Assembly (NCBI GenBank): GCA_035564175.1
Contig: DATMUM010000088.1
Location: 53,529 to 117,528, forward strand
DNA from: Mobilitalea sp.
GTDB lineage: Bacteria > Bacillota > Clostridia > Lachnospirales > Lachnospiraceae
Direction of reading: 5' to 3'
DNA: 64,000 nucleotides
Of this stretch, positions 52,268 through 61,496 are shown one piece after another. Below the pieces are notes generated by a model. The model was not told where the DNA came from, did no database searches, and saw only the letters and a program-made list of their open reading frames with translations. The stretch's first letter is position 1; each line of letters begins with the position of its first letter. Position numbers and translations under genes: made by a program.

Positions 52268-53062
52268 ATGGCGTTATTTCAAGTAGATTTCTGGTCAAAG
52301 GCATTAGCAAGAGTAACAGGCTTTAATATCATATTACCAAATGATCTTTTATCTGAATTGACAGTAAACAATGAGTATTATAAACGCAAGATTAAAACAT
52401 TATATCTGTTGCATGGCTATTCCGGCTCAAACAAGGATTGGCTTTTGGGAAGCTTAGTTCAGTATATGGCAGCAAAATATAATTTGGCTATTGTAATGCC
52501 TGCCGGAGAAAATAGCTTTTATCTTGACGGATTAGGAACGGGTAAGGCATATTGCCAATATGTTGGCAAAGAACTGGTAGAGTATGTGGGAAAAACCTTT
52601 GGTCTTTCGGATAAGAAAGAGGATACCTATATCGGCGGATTATCCATGGGAGGCTTTGGTGCCATTCACACAGGGCTTGCATATCCGGATACCTTTGGAA
52701 AATTAATTGGGTTATCCTCAGCATTGATTATTCATGGGATAAAGAACATGCAGGAGAATTTTAAGGATGCGATTGCGGATTACTATTATTATACCTCGGT
52801 ATTTGGTGATCTGCAGAAATTGGATTCGAGCCCGAATAATCCGGAATACCTGATTCATAAGTTGAAAGAAGAAGGACGGGCGATTCCTCCGATTTATATG
52901 GCATGTGGCACGGAAGACTTCTTACTTGAGCAGAATAGGGCATTTCATAGCTTTCTGGAAGAGGAAAGCCTAAATGTTCAATATGTGGAGGATACGGGAA
53001 CGCATGATTGGAATTTCTGGAACCGGTATTTAGAGCCGGGTATTCAATGGCTGCTAGCATAA
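52268..53062 (+). CDS. Alpha/beta-hydrolase esterase (tributyrin esterase/acetylesterase family)
   Basis: LYLLHG, NSFY, GLSMGG nucleophile elbow, CGTEDFL, HDWNFW. Confidence 0.9.
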   Translation: MALFQVDFWSKALARVTGFNIILPNDLLSELTVNNEYYKRKIKTLYLLHGYSGSNKDWLLGSLVQYMAAKYNLAIVMPAGENSFYLDGLGTGKAYCQYVGKELVEYVGKTFGLSDKKEDTYIGGLSMGGFGAIHTGLAYPDTFGKLIGLSSALIIHGIKNMQENFKDAIADYYYYTSVFGDLQKLDSSPNNPEYLIHKLKEEGRAIPPIYMACGTEDFLLEQNRAFHSFLEEESLNVQYVEDTGTHDWNFWNRYLEPGIQWLLA

Positions 53063-53074
53063 GGAGGCTCTTTC

Positions 53075-53365
53075 ATGAGTGGAAAAATATTAATTAATCC
53101 GAATAATGTAAATCTGACAATGGAGCAGATACAGGAAGGTTTGAAGAGGGAGGTTGTCCAAAAGCAGCTCGCACTGTTAAAATTCAGAAATATTTTTCCT
53201 GCGTTTGGTTTTGATGCAGAACTGCAGATACCTGAAGAACAAGAGAATATCTTAAAATTATGTTGGGAAAATAACGGATTTTGTGCAACCTTGGAAGCGG
53301 ATTTAAAAAATTATAGCTTTGAGATTACTGCAACGAATAACAAAGGAGAGGCAATTAATCTATAG
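53075..53365 (+). pseudogene. Internally deleted sucrose-phosphorylase-like (GH13_18) gene; only start and C-terminus remain
   Basis: NLTMEQIQEGLKREVVQKQLALLKFRNIFPAFGFD recalls the GH13_18 C-terminal region (..RPVV...L..FRN..PAF); strong RBS AAGGAGG retained. Confidence 0.6.
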
Positions 53366-53380
53366 GTTCCTGAGAAGCCT

Positions 53381-53665
53381 TGGAAGAAACCAAGGACGAG
53401 ATATCGCAGGTTGGTGCAGTCGGGAACTAATAAGAACTGGACAAAATGCACTGCCTAAAGACGAAAAGATATGGAAGTTTATGTAGCGGTGGAACTGTTA
53501 ACGTCGTAATAAACAACAAGAGATTAATCCGGTTTGGATTAACCTCTATGCCTGATTATTATTCTCTTAGTACATGTTAAGATGATTGAACCGCCGTGCA
53601 CCGAATGGAGTACACGGTGGTGGAAGAGAACAGCAGGTGAAATAATCATCTGCTTCCTATTCGGT
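53381..53665 (+). mobile_element. Degenerate 3' remnant of a group IIC intron (maturase tail plus domains V and VI)
   Basis: WKKPRTRYRRLV* / NKRLIRFGLTSMPDYY; GAACCGCCGTGCACCGAATGGAGTACACGGTGGTG (D5) and GCAGGTGAAATAATCATCTGCTTCCTATTCG (D6). Confidence 0.85.
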
Positions 53666-53674
53666 TTGTATACG

Positions 53675-53953
53675 TTATAATTCATTATTTTTACCTTTTA
53701 AGATGATTCGCTGGATACTTTTTAAGGAGAGATAATATTCCTCAGCTAATTCTATGGAGTTGACCCCATTCTTATATTTTTGATAAATCTCAGTATCTCT
53801 TGACTGGATCTGTTGTCTTGAATCTGTATTTTCGCCCCAGCCCTTACGGTTTTCTTCCTTCTTCGGAATATAAAGATATTGCCCGTCGGCATATTTCTGT
53901 ACCAGCATCAGAATTTCTTTTGGCAGAACAGTCTCTGCTTTAATATAGCTCAT
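53675..53953 (-). CDS. CD3324-family / Mor-like HTH protein
   Basis: MSYIKA..VLP.E....VQKY.DG.YLYIPK...WGE...R..EIY..Y..G....LAEEYYLS.KSIQRI. Confidence 0.85.
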   Translation of the reverse strand: MSYIKAETVLPKEILMLVQKYADGQYLYIPKKEENRKGWGENTDSRQQIQSRDTEIYQKYKNGVNSIELAEEYYLSLKSIQRIILKGKNNEL

Positions 53954-54042
53954 TTTGCGCCTCCTATAATATGAAAATTTTAGGATTATGCAAAGGCTAT
54001 TCTATATTATTCTATAGGATCGAAATAATGCGATAGCCCTTG

Positions 54043-54075
54043 CTACGCATTCTTAACTATTCGTCTTTTAAACAT
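54043..54075 (-). CDS. Putative leader peptide MFKRRIVKNA
   Basis: RBS GAAAGGAG; promoter TTGAAT-N17-TAAAAT (54163-54135); stop overlaps the 5' arm of a GCAAGGGCTAT/ATAGCCTTTGC hairpin. Confidence 0.6.
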   Translation of the reverse strand: MFKRRIVKNA

Positions 54076-54237
54076 AAAATGATCTCCTTTCATTCGAAGC
54101 AGGACAACGGTGTTACAAATAATTCCACATAGATATTTTATGCTATGGAAATATAAAATTCAAGTAAAACTTCTTAAATATGTTATCATTTAAGTATTAA
54201 AGCATATTTCTTTTCTTGGATTAATCCGTCTAAATGT

Positions 54238-54275
54238 AAAAAAGTCTTCCAGGTTTTTACGCCCGAAAGACTTTT
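54238..54275 (-). terminator. Terminator of cold-shock gene
   Basis: AAAAGTCTT...AAGACTTTT dyad with T-run on minus strand. Confidence 0.7.
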
Positions 54276-54298
54276 GGTTTACGTTAGATTTAGATTAC

Positions 54299-54502
54299 TT
54301 AAGCTATATTTACGTTAATAGCCTGCATTCCTCTTTGACCTTTTTCTAAGTCAAATGTAACCTTCTGGCCTTCTTCTAATGTCTTAAATCCTGAAGAAGC
54401 GATACCTGAGAAATGTACAAATACATCTTCACCACCGTTATCGTTTGTGATAAATCCAAAACCCTTTTGTGCGTTAAACCATTTTACTGTACCCTTATTC
54501 AT
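54299..54502 (-). CDS. cspA: Cold-shock protein
   Basis: [31 protein letters not shown]. Confidence 0.97.
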   Translation of the reverse strand: MNKGTVKWFNAQKGFGFITNDNGGEDVFVHFSGIASSGFKTLEEGQKVTFDLEKGQRGMQAINVNIA

Positions 54503-54546
54503 GAAAGATACCTCCTAATAAATAATTATGTGTATTTTATTACTTA

Positions 54547-54666
54547 TAAAAAAATCACATATTTTTGTAATTCATTAATGCATTAATGACTTACAAAAAT
54601 ATGTGAGTTCATACATGACAATAAAAATACTGAATACAGTGTATCATAAGATATTCTTTTTGTAAA
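54547..54666 (-). promoter_or_regulatory. csp promoter and leader with terminator-like long hairpin
   Basis: TTTACA-N17-TACACT (54666-54638); TCACATATTTTTGTAA.TCATTAAT/ATTAATGA.TTACAAAAATATGTGA followed by U-run before the RBS. Confidence 0.65.
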
Positions 54667-54777
54667 GCAGACTTTAGAAGTAACAAACAAGTTTCTCCAG
54701 AAACTCCAGAAATTCAAGAATTCCTTAAGTTCCAAAATGAAGTCGAACAAATTTTTCAAATTGCCAAAGAGTAAATA

Positions 54778-54844
54778 GCTGAAAAGCCTGTTGTCCAGAC
54801 ATCGGAATACATGCACAACCTCAGCAGATAACAGGCTTTTCAGC
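54778..54844. terminator. Hairpin downstream of amidase gene
   Basis: GCTGAAAAGCCTGTT...AACAGGCTTTTCAGC. Confidence 0.7.
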
Positions 54845-54867
54845 AACAATACCCACTATTCTTCAAC

Positions 54868-55437
54868 CTATGCGAATCCAAAATATCTCATGATCCCAAT
54901 ATAGATGCCATACGCAAAGCCATGTTGGTTATCACGAAGTTTTTGTGCATCGGATGTATTGGTAAGATATCCCAATTCAATTAATTGTGATACCATGTTC
55001 GTTTTACGGAGTACATATAGGGATGGCCTTTCACGGATACCGTTATTCCTCGTGCCGACGGTCTGGGTAATACCGTTCATTACCGGTTGTGCCATCCATT
55101 GAGCCTGAGTATTATACTTGTAAATGTAGATTTCCGTGCCATTTAACGCTGGATCAGGACTCGAGTTACAGTGGATACTGAAGAAATAATCTGCCGGCCA
55201 TTCATTCGCCAGACGTACTCTTTCCGCCAGACTGGTAACATTCGACGTACCTAATACAGTTTGAGGGGTTGGACGCGACAAACGTGCTTCAAACCTAGGA
55301 TCATTGTTCAAAAGATTAGCTAGATAAACCCCAACCTGGTAAGTGACATCCTGTTCAAATAATCCGTTTCCGGTTGCACCGGCATTAACTTCTCCTGTAG
55401 GGTTATGACCTTGATCGATAAAGATTTTAATGGGCAA
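54868..55437 (-). CDS. N-acetylmuramoyl-L-alanine amidase (Amidase_3), no signal peptide; likely sporulation-associated
   Basis: IFIDQGH, E, SIHCN, GTE, LYVLR, LIELGYLTN; TTG start after GAAAGGGAG. Confidence 0.9.
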   Translation of the reverse strand: MPIKIFIDQGHNPTGEVNAGATGNGLFEQDVTYQVGVYLANLLNNDPRFEARLSRPTPQTVLGTSNVTSLAERVRLANEWPADYFFSIHCNSSPDPALNGTEIYIYKYNTQAQWMAQPVMNGITQTVGTRNNGIRERPSLYVLRKTNMVSQLIELGYLTNTSDAQKLRDNQHGFAYGIYIGIMRYFGFA

Positions 55438-55619
55438 AGAAACACTCCCTTTCCATTTTACTATTATTATCATATTCCTAAGATACAGACTTGTTACTTA
55501 ATGAAGCATAATGTGAAACAATTCCATATAGATATTTATAGGAAAGAATGATATAATGTGCATGTTATATGTGACTTTTTCGTTAAAATTGCACAAATGT
55601 CATTGTTGTGAGGAAAATT

Positions 55620-56669
55620 ATGTTAAAAAAATCGGATAAGCCTAAAGCTGAAAAGAAGAATAAATTGATATCTGTAACCACCGTCAGCAGTATCACGGTT
55701 GGTATAATCATCATTCTGATCGGTATGGTTTATTATACACACACCATATCAGAATTGGGGATATCGGATCCGGCGCAGGAGCGGGAATATGGTTATCATT
55801 ACGCAATTATTTCAGAAGAAGCAGATGCCACCTTCTGGGATGCAATATATCAGGGTGCCCTTGAGAAGGGGAAGGAACAGAATGCTTATGTTGAAAAAAT
55901 AGGAAGCAATTTATCCATTACATATTCCCTGGAGGATCTGATGCGGATTGCAATCGCCTCCAAGGTCGATGGAATTATTCTGGAGCCGAACGGAAATGAA
56001 GATATTGCCGGGTTAATTGATGAAGCTGACCAGGCAGGCATTCCGGTAGTGACTGTATTAAGGGATGTTACAGGAAGCAAACGAATTAGTTATGTCGGTA
56101 TCAACAGTTATACACTGGGTCAGACATACGCTAAGGAAGTACTTGATGTTGTTAAGGAAGGTAAGAAAAATGTAACCGTACTTCTGAATGAAGATACGGC
56201 AGATACTTCCCAGAAGGAAATCTATACAAGCATTCTGGGAGAAATCAGCGGCATGAACATAACGGTCAAATCTGAAATTATCAATACTAAGAGTGCCTTC
56301 AGTTCGGAAGAGGACATCCGTAATCTTATCATGGACAATAAGAATTCACCGGATCTTCTGGTATGCCTTACTGCGGTTGATACCATATGTGCATACCAGG
56401 CAGTGGTGGATTATAACAAGGTAGGCAATATTGATATCGTGGGATATTATGACTCCGATATCATTTTAAGAGCAATTGAAAAGAATATTGTTCACTCAAC
56501 CTTGACGATTGATGCTAATCAGATGGGAGAAAATTGTGTAGAGGCTTTGACGGAATATCGTGAGAAGAATAATGTAAGTGACTTTTATTCTGTAGATAAC
56601 AATGTCATTAACAAGGATAATGTCAGCAATTATATGAAGAATTCAGCAGACAGCGGGGAAGAACAGTAA
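55620..56669 (+). CDS. Membrane-anchored sugar-binding sensor protein (XylFII-like)
   Basis: N-terminal TM, FW..IYQGA, VDGII, IPVVT, YVGIN periplasmic-binding fold; directly before LytS-type kinase. Confidence 0.8.
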   Translation: MLKKSDKPKAEKKNKLISVTTVSSITVGIIIILIGMVYYTHTISELGISDPAQEREYGYHYAIISEEADATFWDAIYQGALEKGKEQNAYVEKIGSNLSITYSLEDLMRIAIASKVDGIILEPNGNEDIAGLIDEADQAGIPVVTVLRDVTGSKRISYVGINSYTLGQTYAKEVLDVVKEGKKNVTVLLNEDTADTSQKEIYTSILGEISGMNITVKSEIINTKSAFSSEEDIRNLIMDNKNSPDLLVCLTAVDTICAYQAVVDYNKVGNIDIVGYYDSDIILRAIEKNIVHSTLTIDANQMGENCVEALTEYREKNNVSDFYSVDNNVINKDNVSNYMKNSADSGEEQ

Positions 56670-56734
56670 TTAAGATAACTTAATTGATTAGAGATATTGC
56701 AGTTTAAGAACCTGCTTTAAGTGAGGGCTGATTT

Positions 56735-58243
56735 ATGAAAACGAAGAAGAAAAAGGGATCGATACGAAGAAGGCTGGTATTGGTATTCGCATTCTCCTCA
56801 GCGGTAATATTCTTTGCAAACATGTATATGTATTATAATATTAATAAATCGATCGGTACCATCGATGAGGTGTATAAAAGTAATATTGAGCTGAATCAGC
56901 TTTTAGATTCCTTGACAAAGGTGCAGAATTACGTTTATGAGTATCTGAATACCAGAAGCTCCGAATCCTTGGAGAACTATTACCGGAGTGAACAGAATTA
57001 CCGTAATCTGATGAATGAGCTGGATGGCAAAATCACGGATAATGATATGTTGCTGAGGCAGAAGAACATTAAGAATATGTCTGAGACCTACCTTCAGATT
57101 GTTGGGGATACCGTATACGCCAAGCGCGGACGTAATATAGAAAAATATAAAGAAAAATATGATGAAGCCTCACAGATGTATAATTACATAAAAACACATA
57201 TCAACAGTCTGAACAACGAGAAATTTAAATATAATTCAGAAAAGTATGATATGTTATTACTCTCCCTGCGCTATCTTGAAATCGTGAGTACGATAGTTTT
57301 ACTGGTTATTACTTTATTCAATGTTATTCTGATTATCATTTTAACGCGAAGTATTACCGGGCCGCTGATGAAGCTGACGCAGGCAGCCTATGAGGTGGCA
57401 GGAGGAAATTTTGAAGTAGACCTGGTTCATGTGTATTCCTCGGATGAAGTAGAGATAGTAACGAAAGCCTTCAATAATATGATAGTCAGCATCCACCAGT
57501 ATATCATCAGGACGAAGGAAAGCATGGAGCTGGAAAGTAAGATGATGGAGAAGGAACTGATGATGACCAATCATCTGAAGGATGCGCAGCTGAAATATCT
57601 GCAGGCCCAGATTAATCCTCATTTTCTATTCAATACATTAAATGCCGGTGCGCAGCTGGCTATGATGGAGGGAGCGGATAAAACCTGCCTGTTTATTGAA
57701 AATATGGCGGATTTCTTCCGTTTTAACATGAAGAGCTTTGACCAGGATTCAACCATCCGGGATGAAGTAAAGCTGGTAGACAGCTATATATACATATTAA
57801 ATGTCAGGTTTTCCGGCGGAATCCATTTTTACAAAGAAATTGATGAAAGTCTTATGGATGTACGAGTGCCCAGTATGATTCTGCAGCCGGTGGTTGAGAA
57901 TGCCGTAAATTACGGTATCCGGGATATTGATTATGAGGGTGAAATCCGAATGGAAGTATTCCGGGAGGATGAGGACATCCTTATCACAATCTCAGACAAT
58001 GGTACCGGAATGGAGCAGAGTACAATCGATCGCATCATGTCAGCGAAACTGGAGGACAGGGCATCCTTGAAGGAACGGATCTTAACAAAGGACTCCAATG
58101 GCATAGGACTTGGAAATGTAATTAACCGCTTACGATTGTATTATGACAGGGAAGAAATATTCCGTATCGAAAGTGATGGTCCATACAAAGGAACCAAGGT
58201 CATTATTCGTATTCCAGGAAGAGAAAATAAATCAACACTATAA
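56735..58243 (+). CDS. LytS/YesM-type histidine kinase
   Basis: HAMP, LQAQINPHFLFNTLN, LQPVVENA, DNGTG, GIGLGNV. Confidence 0.93.
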   Translation: MKTKKKKGSIRRRLVLVFAFSSAVIFFANMYMYYNINKSIGTIDEVYKSNIELNQLLDSLTKVQNYVYEYLNTRSSESLENYYRSEQNYRNLMNELDGKITDNDMLLRQKNIKNMSETYLQIVGDTVYAKRGRNIEKYKEKYDEASQMYNYIKTHINSLNNEKFKYNSEKYDMLLLSLRYLEIVSTIVLLVITLFNVILIIILTRSITGPLMKLTQAAYEVAGGNFEVDLVHVYSSDEVEIVTKAFNNMIVSIHQYIIRTKESMELESKMMEKELMMTNHLKDAQLKYLQAQINPHFLFNTLNAGAQLAMMEGADKTCLFIENMADFFRFNMKSFDQDSTIRDEVKLVDSYIYILNVRFSGGIHFYKEIDESLMDVRVPSMILQPVVENAVNYGIRDIDYEGEIRMEVFREDEDILITISDNGTGMEQSTIDRIMSAKLEDRASLKERILTKDSNGIGLGNVINRLRLYYDREEIFRIESDGPYKGTKVIIRIPGRENKSTL

Positions 58244-58322
58244 TAAATATCACAGGTAATTGAGATACTCCGTAAATGTTATTATTTACTATAAAATTAA
58301 TATATGCTTCATAACGGAAGTA

Positions 58323-58416
58323 AAGTGTTGAAACACTTGAATGTTTAGCCCATGAGTGTTGAAACACTTGAGTGTTAAAACCCATGAATATAAAACCCTT
58401 GAGCGTTAAAACGCTT
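58323..58416. repeat. Array of six 15-16-bp palindromic units (consensus GAGTGTT-RAAACMCTT)
   Basis: AAGTGTTGAAACACTT, GAATGTTTAGCCCAT, GAGTGTTGAAACACTT, GAGTGTTAAAACCCAT, GAATATAAAACCCTT, GAGCGTTAAAACGCTT. Confidence 0.85.
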
Positions 58417-58524
58417 ATGCATAGGTACGTTGGAGTGGAGGAATTTGTATTAATTGTGTAGTAAATTCTATAAATTATATTAGTTCGCAATTACTTCTAA
58501 ATATATATTAAGATAGGAGAAGCC

Positions 58525-60120
58525 ATGTACAAGATAATGCTAGCTGATGATGAAGGAATTGTTATCGATTCCTTACGATTTATTATAGAAAAGAACTTTA
58601 ATGACATTTGTGTCGTTGAGCATGCAACTACCGGAAGAAGCGTCATAGAGCTTGCCGAGAGATTTAAGCCGGATATTGCCATCATGGATATTCAGATGCC
58701 GGGTATCAACGGAATAGAAGCGATGAAGGAAATCAGAAAAACCAATAGCTCCATCATTTTCATCGTAATGACGGCTTATGATAAGTTCAATTACGCCAAA
58801 GAATCAATTAATCTCGGTGTACTGGAATATTTAACAAAGCCGGTGAATCATACCATCATCGTAAATGTTCTCCAGAAGGCGATGGATATTATTGAAGAAG
58901 ACCGGAAGAAGCGGAGCAATGATCTGATGATCCGGGAGAAGCTTGAAATCGTCGTACCGATTATCGAGAGTGATTTTATCTACGGCGTTGTATCCGGGGA
59001 TGACTTTAGCGGAGAGGAAGTTAACTCCCGCAGTCTTTTGGGTATTAAAGAGGAATATGGAATGATGCTGGTCATGGAATTTGGTGACTCTATGGAAGAT
59101 GGCATGCTCACGAATCCCGTTGGTGTAAGCGTCAAGGCCCAGTCCTTTTATCAGGTTATCCGCAGTAATCTTAAGGAGGAATTATCCTGTATCGTCGGGC
59201 CGGTTATGGTGAATAAAATTGCTATATTCCTTCCCAGCGAAAAGCCGCAGTTAGAATATGATGACCGTACCTACCTGATTGAGAAGATGCGTAAATTAAT
59301 CAGAGAGCTTTCCAAGAAAATTGCTCTGCAGTTTAAGGTAGGCATCGGTTCGGTTGTGCCAATACAGCGACTGGGAGAATCTTATAAGGAAGCGCTTGTG
59401 TCGACCCATAACAGCAAAGGAAGGGTGGTTCATGTCAAGGATATTCCCCTTGGCTGTGAATATGGGGATAATTATCCGATTGATATGGAAAAGACATTTT
59501 TTGAAATGATTGAAAAGGGTGAGCTGGAAGGAACCAGGAAGGAAGCCAATCGGTTCTTTGACTGGATGATAGAATATTATCCGGATTGTATGATGGACAT
59601 CAAGTTAAAGGTACTGGAATTCATCCTGTTTGCAGAACAGAAGGCGTTCTTAAGCGGTGGAATGACTTATTATTTCAGATATCGTAAGGATTATCTGGCA
59701 ACCTTAATTCAGATTGAAAATTATGAGCATCTGCGAAAATGGTTTCTGGATAAGGTCGTGGAGGCCTGTCGTAACATCATAACAAAGAAGGAAGAACAGG
59801 CTAGTGGAGTTATTGCGAAAGCAAAAGCCTATATTGAGGATAATTACAGCAAGGATATCTCTCTGGATGATGTATCCAGAACGGTGGATATCAGTCCCTA
59901 TTATTTCAGCAAGCTGTTCAAAGAAGAAACTGGGGAAAACTTCATTGAATATCTTACGAACATAAGAATTGAAAAGGCGAAAAAGCTTTTACAGAACAGA
60001 GACATCAGTATCAAAAACATCTGTGCTGACTCAGGATACAGCGACCCGAATTATTTCAGCCGTATATTTAAAAAGCAAGTAGGATTGACGCCTACGGAAT
60101 ATAGGGAGAGGGTAGTGTGA
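58525..60120 (+). CDS. YesN-type response regulator (REC + AraC)
   Basis: LADDE, MDIQMPGING, YLTKP, GYSDPNYFSRIFKK. Confidence 0.93.
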   Translation: MYKIMLADDEGIVIDSLRFIIEKNFNDICVVEHATTGRSVIELAERFKPDIAIMDIQMPGINGIEAMKEIRKTNSSIIFIVMTAYDKFNYAKESINLGVLEYLTKPVNHTIIVNVLQKAMDIIEEDRKKRSNDLMIREKLEIVVPIIESDFIYGVVSGDDFSGEEVNSRSLLGIKEEYGMMLVMEFGDSMEDGMLTNPVGVSVKAQSFYQVIRSNLKEELSCIVGPVMVNKIAIFLPSEKPQLEYDDRTYLIEKMRKLIRELSKKIALQFKVGIGSVVPIQRLGESYKEALVSTHNSKGRVVHVKDIPLGCEYGDNYPIDMEKTFFEMIEKGELEGTRKEANRFFDWMIEYYPDCMMDIKLKVLEFILFAEQKAFLSGGMTYYFRYRKDYLATLIQIENYEHLRKWFLDKVVEACRNIITKKEEQASGVIAKAKAYIEDNYSKDISLDDVSRTVDISPYYFSKLFKEETGENFIEYLTNIRIEKAKKLLQNRDISIKNICADSGYSDPNYFSRIFKKQVGLTPTEYRERVV

Positions 60121-60195
60121 AGAAAAAGCATCTTCACACGGCAAATTTGTGCTGACGCTCAAATTCGCAGGTTTTGGCAGAAGGGAGAGAGTTTT

Positions 60196-61236
60196 ATGAA
60201 AAAGAAGATTTTGGTTCAGCTTCTTCTAATAATCTTAATCCTGACGATGTCAGGATGTAAGAGCAAGGAAGAAGATACGAAGGATACGGGAGCAACAGCA
60301 AAAAAGCTTCAGATTGGCTTGTCCTTTGACTCCTTTGTTATTGAACGATGGCAAAGAGACAGGGATGTCTTCGTATCCACAGCGCAGGAGCTTGGAGCCG
60401 AAGTGAATGTTCAGAACGCGAATGGGGATGTGAAGGAACAGATTTCTCAGATTGAATACCTGATAGATAAGAAAATGGATGCAATCGTTGTCATAGCAGT
60501 CGATTCTGAGGCCTGCAGCGAAGTATTGCAGAAAGCCAAGGATGCAGGAATCGTCGTGATCGCCTATGACCGTCTGGTAAGTAATGCAGATGTGGATTTA
60601 TACATATCCTTTGATAATGAAAAAGTAGGGCATTTGATGGCTGAGACACTGGTGAAGGAGGTTCCGAAGGGAGGAAATATCATTACGATATTCGGATCGA
60701 CCACGGATAACAACGTTACCCTGGTTGAGAAAGGCTTCAATGAGGTTATGGAGGGAGCAGATCTAAACATTGTATACTCCGTTAACGCAAAGGGCTGGCT
60801 GGCGGAGGAGGCCTTCAATGCAGTTAATACGGCACTTTCGGAAAATTCAGAGATTGATGGAGTCATGTGCGGCAATGATAATCTGGCCAGTGAGGCAGTC
60901 CGGGCACTTTCGGAGAACCGTTTGGCCGGGAAGGTAGTGGTAACCGGCCAGGACGCTGATCTCGTTGCCTGCCAGCGAATTGTGGAAGGAACCCAGACCA
61001 TGACCGTATATAAGCCGGTTGACCAGCTGGCGAAAACTGCTGCGGAATATGCGGTAAAATTAGCGACAGGTGAGAAGATTGACGTAAGTGAGACAATCAA
61101 TGACGGAAGTCATGAAGTACCCTATGTCAAATTGGAACCGATCGCAGTTAATAAGGATAACATTTATAAAGTAATCATCGAAGGCGGCTTCCAAAGAGAA
61201 GAAGATGTATATCTGAATGTACCAAAGGAAGAATAG
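60196..61236 (+). CDS. D-xylose-type ABC substrate-binding lipoprotein (XylF-like)
   Basis: Lipobox MSGC; ERWQRD, IAYDRL, ISFDN, DNN, GQDAD, MTVYKP. Confidence 0.88.
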   Translation: MKKKILVQLLLIILILTMSGCKSKEEDTKDTGATAKKLQIGLSFDSFVIERWQRDRDVFVSTAQELGAEVNVQNANGDVKEQISQIEYLIDKKMDAIVVIAVDSEACSEVLQKAKDAGIVVIAYDRLVSNADVDLYISFDNEKVGHLMAETLVKEVPKGGNIITIFGSTTDNNVTLVEKGFNEVMEGADLNIVYSVNAKGWLAEEAFNAVNTALSENSEIDGVMCGNDNLASEAVRALSENRLAGKVVVTGQDADLVACQRIVEGTQTMTVYKPVDQLAKTAAEYAVKLATGEKIDVSETINDGSHEVPYVKLEPIAVNKDNIYKVIIEGGFQREEDVYLNVPKEE

Positions 61237-61245
61237 TATTATTTC

Positions 61246-61300
61246 GGCTGATGGAATTCTTGCAATGCAAATAGCAGGAGAATTCCATCAGCCTTTTTTT
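61246..61300 (+). terminator. Intrinsic terminator
   Basis: GGCTGATGGAATTCT...AGAATTCCATCAGCC-TTTTTTT. Confidence 0.88.
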
Positions 61301-61496
61301 GTGCTACTTAATAATTCTTGTCCTAGTAGATAATTGTTAAATCTTCGCAATTTATTGCTATGCCAGTATCTATTAGTAATCCGTAATTTGGACTCCGATC
61401 AAAAATGTACAGTACATCGCAAGTTAGTACTATTTGCACTGTGATATGATCTAAATGTAGTAAAAAACTAATATATTTTTGGGAGGATTAGAAATT

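Noticed and set aside
54695-54760. CTCCAGAAA-type repeats weakly similar to the reverse complement of 10083-10125
   Set aside because: Short low-complexity similarity, not distinguishable from chance by eye
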